From NCBI GenBank assembly GCA_010356995.1, contig ML996689.1, positions 1,196,691-1,260,690 on the forward strand: DNA of 64,000 nt, in the 5' to 3' direction. Below are positions 50,717 to 61,936 of the stretch, piece after piece. Under the pieces are notes generated by a model. That model was not told the DNA's origin. It saw only the letters and a list, made by a program, of their open reading frames with translations, and did not search any database. Positions within the stretch are counted from its first letter, which is position 1, and every line of letters begins with the position of its first letter. Both the position numbers and the translations under genes were made by a program. Source of the stretch: Trichodelitschia bisporula (taxonomy: Eukaryota).

Positions 50717-53700
50717 TTAGGCGACCAACTGCTTCACGAGAAACGACTTGCTCCTCCCAAAGTGATCGAATGGCACTCCCGAATCCATCCGCCGGTAGTT
50801 CTCCGTAATAAGCACCTCGACCGCGCCCCGTGTGCCCACAACCGGCCCGCTGGGCACACCATTCGGACGTACCTGCCAGATGACGAAGTTCATCTCGGGA
50901 ATCTTGCGCAGCGGCACGAGCCGGGTCGTCGCGCGGGGCACCAGCGTAAACCGTATGACGTCCGACCCCGCCTGCTTCTCCATGACGTGCACGTTGAAGC
51001 GCGGGTTCGTCAGCATTTTGCCTCCAGGACCGGTGTACGCAGCGCACAGGTCCTGTGCGCGCACCCCGAGGGGAATATCAACGTCTACGGTGTACAGCTG
51101 GAGGTTGTGCAGCGTGTCTTGCTGAATTGGATCCTTGGGCCCGGGGGGCGTGAGAGTTACAACAATGTCGAGTGGGATGTTGCGTGGGTCGTGCGCGTCC
51201 TTGTACACGGGAATCGTTGCCGCGGCTCCGAAACTGGGCGGTGGGTGGTGCAAGGCGTAAACCTTGGGAATGAACTGCGGGCCGCAGTCGCGAGCAAGCA
51301 CGAGGCTCTTGTTGTTCTTCGGAATCTGGGTGCGCTCTGATAGCGGTATGTCGGGATGAGCATTCGCGTTGATGTATCCCGGACGGGTGGGACGCAGTGG
51401 CGGGTAGACCGGTGGTGAAAGGTGGGTTGTATCCGGAGTGGGAACGTCGGTAGATGGCGTCGGAGGAGCTGGCTTCGAATGGTTCTCTGGATGAACTTTC
51501 TTCCAGGTTGTTGGGTCCTTGTCTGCGTCATCTTGGATGCGGATGTGGCGCGGCTTCTTGAGTGTGTCTGGGGGAGCGTCGACAGCAGCTGTGTCAGTTT
51601 TAGGCACTAAAATCTTCATTTGGGATATGTAAGAGGTGAGCATCGTGCCGGCGACGGCCGAGGTGGACACATCGTCCTTGAAGTACGGGTTATTTGGCGG
51701 AGAGACCATGAAGTTTTGGAGGACTTCATTGCACGCTTCCGCAAAGGCTGGGAAGATGATGGTTCGAGATCCCCAATCGAAGATACTTCCTGGCAGATTG
51801 CTGTCCTTTACGTGTTGTTCCTCTTTCGTATGGACTGCCTTCTTCTCATCGCTTGCATTTGCTTCCAGCGGTGGCACGTCTGGGGCTTGGCCCTTTGTCC
51901 AGTTGATAGTGGCCAGCGGCTGATGGAGATCAAACTTCCTTTCTGGATGGCTAAGGTCCTGAGTTGGGGGCTTCTTCGTTGTGAAAAGATGCTTGAATGT
52001 GATTTCAACAGCCTGCTCGGTCACGGTGCCCGAACCACCAAGTCGAAAGCATTGCTGATGCGGAGGCTGTGAAATGACAATCTGCAGATCATCATCCCAA
52101 TGCGGGGACGCGGGCATGCGGTCAAAAAGACACAACAACACATCTTTGTCGATGGTTTCCAAGCGCAGCACGGGTTCTCGTGATGGTCGCAGCTGCTCGT
52201 TGTCCGTGCCAGGGTCATCCGTTCTCGGCCACGGTGCATGGACCTCAAGGTTCGGAAAGGCCTTGACAACCGAGCTTCTCATGAGAAACCCAAAGCACGG
52301 CACTTGAGGAAAGTAGTTGAGGTCGGGGTGGTCCGTCCTGTAGCTGGCGCCAAGGTACTTGTTAAGTGCTCCCTTGAAGGCCTGCCTCACGACGTCATCC
52401 GACCGGTCGAGGTGATTGCCGATGCTTAGTGCACCATCAATGAAAGCATCCATCCAATTGGTGTCGACGTAGAAGAAGCGAATGGTCTCCCTGGGCAAGA
52501 ACGAGGGGTCTGGGATGAGGTAATGCGCCGGTATGTTCTTCAAGAAGAGATTGTTCATGATCCATGACTGAACGATCCCCCAGTCCGCGGAATTCGGCAC
52601 GTTGATCTCGCTGAATGGGATAAAGACTTCATCGTCATCTGAATTCGAATTGTCTGGAAGGGGCGGAATGGGGTCCTGTCCAGACGTCATCAAGACAGCT
52701 GTAGCGGCCACATGTGTACGAAAGATATCCCCGTGGACCTCGCCAACGCCCACCGGATTGGACTCAGCATCATTACCAGAAACAAATGTGGGGTGAGGCG
52801 TGCCCGTCACAGCGAATCTGTTGGAAGGGTCGACCACATTCTCGCCAGGGGCCGCTGACGCCAAAGCATCCACGGTGTCGATTGCGTCTGCCAGCCCTGC
52901 AAGCATACGCGCTTTGGTATTCCCAACATTCTTAGCTGCAAGAGCCTTCATCACTCCCCTTCGAGCAGTTGTCTGGATGGCCGTCCGAAGCCGTACGAGT
53001 GCGGCGGAAAAGGCTTGATCTGCAATTCCCAACGTCCGGCCAAGCTGCCATGCGGCAGAATACGTGAGATCCTGGATCCCAAGCGAACTATCGAGCACCT
53101 GGTAGTCCGTCGAGAAGTTGGACTGAAAGGGCCACCAACTTGCGGTGATGGGGGGAACGTAGCGTGGCGTCAGTGGTCCCCGATAAAAGGATATCGTTTC
53201 CTCACCTGTCTGCAAGAGGTATCGTTGGAGCATAAATCCATCGCTCATGCGTTCTTTTAGGCGCGATTTGAACGCTGTGGGCATTTGCGCCGTTCCAGTC
53301 CGGTCAATGGACGCAATGACGGCATCAGGAGCACGCAGCCAACACTCTCCAGTTTCCGAGATACTGTTTCCGATATGGCGCATGGTATCAGTGAAGTTCA
53401 CGGAGTCCGGGGGCAGACAAAGATATGTCCAGCTGTAGAGTGACACGAGCGCGATATGCGTCTTTGGGTCTTTCAACGGCAGCCGCATGTGGTCCTCGAT
53501 GCCTTCGAGAGTCACGAGGTGCACGATGAAAGGAGTGGCCTCGGTCAAATCAAGAGGCCCAGTCCTGTGACCATGGATGACTGAGTATAGCCCTTCATCT
53601 TCCACTCCGGCTCCAGCCATATTCTTCGTGTTGATATTCCGCACGTGGGCCAGGTACTTGTATCGGTGCAGGTCGGGGATACGGGCCTGGTTTGGATCAG

Positions 53701-54906
53701 TCACTAGAGGTTTGGAGCCGTCGGGAGTGTAACTGCAAAACAGATCCTCAAAGTTGTCCCGAGGAATAAACACAACGTCAACTTGCTGATCTTTGGGAAT
53801 CGGCTCGTCGCTTCGATCCTTGATCGGGATGGCCACCTGAACGTCATGCCCCTTTTCGTCGACATTTCCAGCACGCCCAAGATCCAAATATTCGTCCATG
53901 GTCATTTTCACCGCGAAAGTGCTCTTGTCTTGTTGGCGATCGAAGGGGGATGGTTGCGTACCGCTCGTACCTGGAGCCGGTGTACTCTTCGGGGGAACCT
54001 TAGGGGGGCCCTCGGGAAAGAAGCCACCCTCACTTCTTGGTTTGAGCTGATTTGGTTTAAGCTTGATTTCGTCCTCAGAAAAGGTGAGAAGAGCCAGCCA
54101 TGGCACCATATTTCGTCCATGCATATTGCCATCCGCGGGCTTTTCTGGGGAGTCCGGCGTGTCCGGTTTGGCTGCAACGGAGCTCGGTTCCGTTGTAGAA
54201 GAAGCTTCATCCGCTTTCTTTTTAGCATCGGCGGCTGCTTTTGCGACTGCCTCTTTTGCGGCTTTCAACTCCTCATCGTGGTCGATGTGGGATGCCTCTT
54301 GCTCCCAAGGTAGATGAGGGTCTTCGAAGACCATATGGGGTAGGACATTGTTGTGATCTCCCAAACCCTGCGGAGGGTATGTGTGGTGAACAATCCCCGG
54401 AGGCAAAGAGAAGCGAGGCGCATTGACATTGAACTTTTGCAGACTCTTCAGCACGATTTCCTTGGACTTGTCGAGTGGTACTGGTGGGGGTTTCCCGTCA
54501 GTTGGCTTTGTCGGATCTTTCTTGTCGTCTGATTTTGGGTCCGGCGTTGGGTCCGGTTTGGGATCGGGTTCAGGCTCTGGAGGCTCCGGATGCTTGAACT
54601 TGGGATGGGTTACAGTTTGGACAACTTCGATGTCGTAAACGCCTCCTTGAAGACCCGGAGCTGCCTGCCCTTAGCTTGGGCGACCCACAAATCGTACACG
54701 TATTTACCATAGTAAGAGTACATCTGCATCATCCCGGGTGTAAGAGATGGTGGTTTGTTCGGGTCGTCATCTTCAGTGAACTCATTGTTTCCGGCTACAG
54801 CCCTACTGAGAGCAAGCCCTCGAGCCTCGCTCAATGATGATGCCTGGCTCTTCAAGTGCTTGAGCACCCGCAGTCGAGCATTGTCGGGCTTGATAATGGT
54901 GTCCAT
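50717..54906 (-). CDS. Large uncharacterised protein A (~1380 aa, 2 exons)
   Basis: ATG at 54906, exon to 54708, 47-nt intron 54707-54661 (GTAAAT..GCTAAG..CAG) giving MQMYSYYAPGLQGGVYDIEVVQ in frame with ORF 50717..54454. Motif-like blocks PRFSLPP, LPHMVFEDPHLPWE, YSAAWQLGRTLGIAD, YLIPDPSFLPRETIRFFYVDTNW. Confidence 0.85.
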
Positions 54907-55607
54907 TTGGATTTCTGGTAGCACTGTCGCCTCGAAGGGAGTAAGCAAACACAACGCGGCTTGAGGCCGTAGACTAACATGAACCGTGATCTGCCATCGA
55001 GAGAACAGGTCACAAACCCGGAATCAGTCATTAGAGCCATTGGTTGCCAGAGAGGAGCCCCCCTATGGTTCGGATGCTAAAACTGCTTTCAGCTGCAAGC
55101 GCTAGAGCTGATCATGAGAGTGAAATGACGCTGCATGGTGCGGAGAAAAAGAAGGTGCAGCTGGACTGCATCCCCGGTTTCCACCCCGAAATAGTACGAC
55201 GTATCCTGGAGCCATTGAGGTACGGTAGGTCAAGAGCCTGCATGAGGAAGGATAGGGTGAGCTAATATAACCGAGCTGAAATGGATGGAAGCAGAGCTAA
55301 CCTGACTGCATGAGAGAACGTTGACATATGGTACTTCGTCCTGGTAGTTGCATGTAGGGCTGGGTTGAGCTGAGGTTTGGGTTGGGCATCCTGGCATCGT
55401 TGGAGGCTTGGCGGGACGATGTGGCGTCAAGGATGGCATTCTCACTCACATGCAGGAGTTGCATAATTTTGTGAATCCTATCTCGAACCTACTGTCAGAA
55501 GAGAAAGAAGTCGGGATCCAAGATGGGCGTCTCAAGGCTCACAAGCTCTGTCTGCTTGCAGAAGCCCTTCTCACCACTTCGAGGACGACGACGACGACGA
55601 CGAAACG
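54907..55607. promoter_or_regulatory. Probable bidirectional promoter region between genes A and B
   Basis: 701-bp gap between divergent start codons; inferred from geometry only. Confidence 0.45.
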
Positions 55608-58600
55608 ATGGCGACCGATGCTGATCCCGTCCTTCTTGTGCCCATCAAGCTCGATGCTTGTGTGATCAATCCTTCTGTTTGGTATGAGAGCGAATGATGT
55701 ATCTAAACCTATCCTGACAGCTACCAGCGGAGATTTCCCTAACTCTACGCTTGCCCCGCTATCCCAACCGAACTTCACATTCCTCCGGACTGACTCCTCT
55801 CTGATTTCACCGGATGTGCTGCCGTATCATGACCTCCACAATGCCTCTCCGGCATCAGTCAATCCAAGGCTCACAAATTTGGCCACTTCTCTTCCAATAC
55901 CGGAACGGCAAGGCGTGTATCTCCACTGGATGCTCCCCCGAACCTATCGATCAGGCACTGCTTCCGACGCCAACGATTCAACTCACGATCTAAGAGCCCC
56001 CGTCTTCAAGAACTCGCCGGACCGATGGCTGGTAATTCGGCGACTACACCCCGGCTTCAAGCCTGAGGATGCAGTTCGGCAGGGGAAAGTGAAAGAAATT
56101 ACAGCTTGGGTCATTGAGAGCAACCGGCTCCGGAATATCCAGGAGTTCGATCGGAATGTCGACATTGAGCTCGAATGCTCGCCCTTCATTCAAGCTGACG
56201 CGTCGGCACCGTCTCTGGATGGACAAGCCGAAATCTTCATTGGCAACAAGGTTGAACTGGAGCAGTGGACTGAGCAGCTCGGTACTCAACCCAATCAGTT
56301 TGTCCAGCTCAACGTGATTGGCGCCGCAAACCCTCTGTTTGCAGATTACGCGCCCCATAACTCTAACGTCTTCTCGATGTTCGACAACTTCGGTACAAAT
56401 CTTACCGATGCCACTGTGAGCTACTATGTCGTGGGGTGGCATGCCAATTCTCGGGACGATCCATTGTCGAACTTGGATGAGTCGGCTTTGCTCTCGAGCA
56501 TCTTGAGGGACTTGAAGATGGAATTGAAGCTGTCTAAAACTGATGACACCAAAGTTGACATCGATGCCCGCAAGCATTCTCGGGTCCTGTGCCATGGTGC
56601 GCTGTACACCGTCCGGTTCAACAATTCCGCTTTACCGACTGACGTAAAAGTCCCGGCGAACGATGCAGGGTTGAAGTTCGGAGACAAGTCGTCGCATCCG
56701 GTCACCGTAGGGACGACCGCGTTGGATGCGGTCTTGTCGTACGTCAAAGCACATCATGAGGAGACGAAGACACAATCTACACCGTCCGATAAGGAGCTAG
56801 ATAAGACCGAGGCCGATATTCTCCTCCTCGACACACTTCTCCTCAAGCAGGAGGATGAGATTGATGCCCAGCAAGAAGCCCTAGACATGCTCTCCGCCAA
56901 CAATTTCCAGCCAGCCAAGGACAGCGGAACCCACTGGCACTTCTCTGCCGCCGATGCGGCCCCCATGGACAGCAAGTTGCCCAACCGTACGGCGAAAAAC
57001 TTCAGCCCGAACGATGATCAGAAGCAAGTCCTTGCAGATCTTAATGCCGCCCAAGAGGTGTGTGATGTTGCGACCCGGGAGCTTCAATCGGAACGCTGGG
57101 CTCTGTTCGCTCTATGGTGGCAGTACGTTGCTGACCCAGCACTGCAAGATATTAAGAATCGGGATACTCTGGTCTCCAAACTCAGAGGCCAAGTTGACCT
57201 CGTAGAGCGTCTACTCAAAATCCAAGGCAGGTTCAAGAAGCTGGTTGACACGTGTCTCGTTCCTTTTGGTTCCGACGAAGACACGCGAATTGTTCAGCCA
57301 GGAAGCCAAACTCGCTTCTACACCCAAAAAGACCCAACCATTCTTGTTCCCGGAGTGACGAACCCTTGGCCTGTAGACTGGATATCGACGTTGCAAGCGC
57401 GGCTGAGTCCGCAAGTGAAGCCCAACAAGCTTCCCGATAACCTTCCGAATGGGTGGTCTGGCTTGCAAGACATCAGCTCAAAGCAGGTCCCGAAGCGGAT
57501 GCCCGCAGCCCTCCAGCGTGGAATCCAGACGCTCTGCTCGGAGTTTTTCAACTTGCACCCGAAAGACACAACCGGTGATACCTGGTCGCCAATTTCAGAG
57601 GGAACACTGCCATTGTACCATGATTTCGTGGAAGACAACATCGTCAAGGAGGGCCTTAAAGGAGGCACAGGGCGAGATCAATGGAACAGTGCGCAACCCT
57701 GGTTCCCGCTCTTCTTGGAGTGGGAGGCGCGATATTATCATATCCCTTGGGAGAAGTGGGGATTCATGGAAATCGACGCAAATCCGGCACCCGGCAAAGT
57801 GAAGCGCTGGCGGTGGGGAATCAACGAAGGGGATACAATCCAGGGTTTGGCAGACGATACTGTGACCAAGGATGTCGATGAGAGAGTAATCTCTGGGCGT
57901 GTGCTTATCCTGCCGCAGCCGGGATTCAGCTTGCGAGTCAACATTCAGCAGATTTTCAGCTCGACTTCGAGGGACGATCTTCCCTCTGACCTGAAGTTCG
58001 ACCCGACAAGAGTAAGCGGAAGCGGAAATCAAAAGTCCGCAGCAGACCAGGACAAGCAGATTCGCGACCAGTTTTTGTCACGGGTCGAACGCCTCAACTA
58101 TCTTTCTGCTCCGCTGGCGGGGTTCCAGGACCACCTCGTCACCAAGCTCAATGGTACTCATCTTAAGCCGTCGTATCGGGTACCCAAAAAGCCTTTGGTT
58201 CCGTTCAAGGCTGCCGTTGAGGCAGGAAAAATGGGTACCAGCCTGACCGAAGCGGAAATCGGTCACTGGATCTCCTTGATGGATATTGAGACGGACAAGG
58301 TCCCATTTACCAACCACGTCCCGTTTCCAGATCGCCAAATTGCCCCTCTCAAGCCCGTTTGCCACGGCCAATTCAAGTTCACACGCCTAGACGTGTTTGA
58401 CAAGTTTGGACAGGCGATCTCCGCGATTAACCCTGCCCCGACCAACGCTGTCCCTCCACTGTATCCCGTCCTTAGCGAATATTTCCACCCGCAGCATCTG
58501 AGCACCGATCCAGCAAGCGAGGGATACCTTCAGGCAAAGTCGGTTGGCAAAGATCCGTTTGGCAGTTGTCAATTTGGCCAATACCCTCCCATTATTAACC

Positions 58601-60045
58601 AAGATACGCGCATCAATACGGCTTTCATGCATTGGGATGAAAAGGCTGGAGTATCAGGTCTTTGGCGCCCTTGCACTGAGTGGGAGAATCCGATTTGGGG
58701 ATACTTGGTGGTCAACTATGCGGAGTACGCCATGCAGGTGTTTCTTCCTGACGGACAATTCTATCGCGAAATCCGAATGGGCGGGCCCACCGGCACAACG
58801 GAAAAACCAGCATGGGCACCCTTCGAACAGCCCAAGGAAGGACTCGAGAAAGTGACCGGGAGCCCAACCGAGGCGCAGGCGCTCGTGCAGCTCGATAACC
58901 TCCTTTCTCGGTTCAAAGACCTGTCATATCTCCAAAACTTCTTCCGCATGATCAACAAGTCCCTCGACTCCATCGCCCACACTCCCAATTCCTACGCCGA
59001 TTACCTCTCCAGCATCGTCGGCCGACCCCTCGCCATCGCCAACATGGGCTACTCAATTGAGCTTGCGCAGCCGCCGTTCAAAAACCAGTGCACCCTCCCG
59101 ACCGACGCCGATGTCTCAAAGCCTCTCGAGTCGTATGACTTCAAGCTGAAGCTAGGCGACCGGGACCGTGTTTACGACGGCTTGGTCGGGTATTTCGACA
59201 GTAGCGCTGACTTCGAGCATTTCGGCACGGAACTCAACCTCGACACCGTGTACACATACTATCCCACGGACGAGGCCCCAACAGCGGAAATTCAGCCGGC
59301 AAACTACCTCCACGCCCAGCCATACCACTTCAGCACGGCGGATGCATCTCGTACCACTGCTGCCGCAGCCACGGATCCTAACATGACCGACGCGACAGCG
59401 CAAGCTGCCGCGGCTGCGTTCACGGAAGTCCACTGGCGGAAGATGAAACTTGCGGGCGTGATCTTCGATCCATTCTCCAAGCTGCACGTCTACAGTGGGA
59501 TCTTGCCTATCGCTACGCTTCAGCTGCCGCAGTGGTCCCTACAGGCGGCTATGCAGTCCATGACGGCATTTTTTAGCATGGGACCGCTGCTGATTACTAC
59601 GCCGGACCTGCAGCGGCAGTATAATCCGAAACGAAATCTGACTAAGGAGATTAATTTGCTGGCGCTGGAGGAGGTGGAGAAGGCCGATGAGGATGCGGAT
59701 AAGGATAAGGATGGCAAGAAGGATGAGAAGACGGATGAGAAGAAGGTGGATCCCGCGCAACCGGTACCGTTCAAGGGGATTCCTATCCCGGCCATTCAGT
59801 CAGCGGAGTGGAACTGGTTGCAGCCGTTTGCAAGGGATATCGTAGCACCGACTGATGGAGGTGCAGGTGATGCCGGTGCCGTTGCCGGGTCAGGGACAAC
59901 AGTGCCGAAGAAAGAGACACACTGGAATCCGTTCGTCATCACTCACCTCGACAACAAGCCGAAGTTTGAGAAGGGCCCGTACACGGCGATTGAGGGATAT
60001 CTGCAGTTGAAGCGGCCGATCATGCAGCCTTTAGCGAAGCAGTGA
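55608..60045 (+). CDS. Large uncharacterised protein B (~1463 aa, 2 exons)
   Basis: ATG at 55608, 46-nt intron 55682-55727 (GTATGA..CTGAC..CAG) giving VLLVPIKLDACVINPSVCGDF in frame with ORF 55684..60045. Blocks GVYLHWMLP, PDRWLVIR, QPWFPLFLEWE, ISGRVLILPQ, VFDKFGQ, GRPLAIAN, DGLVGYF, HVYSGILP, IEGYLQL. Confidence 0.88.
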
Positions 60046-60153
60046 CCTGGGTTCTAGTTTGGCCATTACGTAGTTCAAAGCGCTGTTCAATGCATTTCTT
60101 ACACCGCTATCCAAAGTCTTCTATTGTATAGATCCCCTACCCACACCCACCCG

Positions 60154-60948
60154 TCAAGCACTCTTCTCCTCCTCCACCGCCGTCTCAACCCCCACTCTCG
60201 GCCCCTCCCAAACACTCTCCACCATGCACGCCGCAACCCCCGCCAACACCGCTCCAGCCGCCGCCCACCCCACAGCTTTGCCCATCAACCACGGCCCAGC
60301 AAAGTCCTGGCTCACAATATCCGCATTATTTGGATTCCCCGTCGTATACCAGTCACCAATCGGGTACTGGATGTTCACCAGCGTATTCGTCGTGATAATT
60401 GTGCCGATTAGGAGTGCGAGAGCGGACAACCCCGCGCAAAGACGCGTAAGCAGCGCGAGCCAGGCCGCGGGAGTGTGATTTGCGCGGCGCAGCTCGGTGC
60501 GGCCGTGATGTGGTGTGCGCGTGAAGAGCGGCGTGAAAGATCCTGTCGCGGAGCGCAGGACACGCGGGAGCGTCAGTGCAGTCAGGACGAGGACGATGAG
60601 CAGTGCGAGCGCGAGAAGAGCGTTCCCCGCGTAGAGGAGGCGGCCGCCGAGCGCGAGCTGCCGGCAGAAGTGTACGTTGTCGGCGCGGGAGTTGCTGTTC
60701 TCGTCGCACAGGCCTCCGGCGTGGAGGGTGTGCTGGCACTTGTCGATTGCATTGGGGAGAGCCGGGAGCTGGCAGGACACGAAGGGGCCGCGGTGAACCT
60801 TGCCGAGGGAGCCATGGTCGGATTGGGAGTATTCAGTGCGGTAGGTCCAGTCTTTGTGGGAGGTAGAGTAGGCGGAGAGGATGAAGGATGGGATGAGGAG
60901 GAGGGTTGGGAAGAGGGTTAGAGTGAGGGCGGAGATTTTGGCAGTCAT
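60154..60948 (-). CDS. Four-TM membrane protein, claudin/Sur7-PalI-like topology
   Basis: Four hydrophobic segments; first loop W..RGPFVSC..C..C..C resembles the claudin-superfamily W-GLW-C-C signature. Confidence 0.65.
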   Translation of the reverse strand: MTAKISALTLTLFPTLLLIPSFILSAYSTSHKDWTYRTEYSQSDHGSLGKVHRGPFVSCQLPALPNAIDKCQHTLHAGGLCDENSNSRADNVHFCRQLALGGRLLYAGNALLALALLIVLVLTALTLPRVLRSATGSFTPLFTRTPHHGRTELRRANHTPAAWLALLTRLCAGLSALALLIGTIITTNTLVNIQYPIGDWYTTGNPNNADIVSQDFAGPWLMGKAVGWAAAGAVLAGVAACMVESVWEGPRVGVETAVEEEKSA

Positions 60949-61867
60949 GGTGCTGTGGATGGCATGGAGAAGGCAGTTGCGGGCCAGGGATGGGTAGCCA
61001 GAGAAGTTGAATGGGAAGGAATGAGTGTCAAGGTGTTCTCACAACCAACTCAAGGGGGGAAATTTCAAACGGCTGTCAAGCAGAGGGAGAAAACAGCAGT
61101 TGTTCACTCGTCGTCGTCGCGAGGTCTCAGCTCGCGTACCAGCGCCTGACGCGCAACGGCGACAACGGATCTCAGCCGCAAACGCCACGACGCAAGATTT
61201 GCACAACTCGAAGCGCCGACGGTAACGGTAACGCTGTACAGACCGCACGGTAGGTTACACCAGCGAGTCAAAGATCTAGAATCCGACAAACCCTGGCCGC
61301 GCAGGACGCCTTGCTTCTTGGAGCAGCAGATGATGCTGAGTCGATATAATTGTGGTGATTGGGCTGCGTTATTCCCTTCGTCCAGTGGTGCGATCCAGTC
61401 GGGTTTGGGACTAGTTAGGTTTCTTGCTCCAACGTCACGTCTTGATGATGCAAACCAGCGAGCTAGCACTGCCAGCTGAATGCATCACCATGCAACTTGC
61501 AGCTTCGTATCGTATGTCGAAAATCAAATGGCGCAGGAATTCGGATTCAGCTCGCGAAGCAGGCCTCTTGCCGTTCCTTGTAGGAAGCAGCTCTCAGCCC
61601 GACAACCTACCCAAATTTGGCTAGGATGCGGAGGCTCACCCACGAATGTCATGCTTCCATTGTGACGTTTGTTGCAGTCCTAATTCTGGAAATGCACCAC
61701 ACACTGGATTCAGCAGCTCAATGATTGAGCTCGTCGAGGGCTTCGAGAACCTCACTGAGCGATCCCCCAAACCATGAGCTCCTAGAGGCGAGTTGCCGAC
61801 CGAACTTTGGATTCTTCGCCTTCTATCCCAATCCGGGCCTGGGTGAGAAGTCTCTAATCTCTCCATC

Positions 61868-61902
61868 ATGTCTGCCATGACCGGTGTCGTTAGCTGGCCA
61901 TC

Positions 61903-61936
<34 letters not shown>

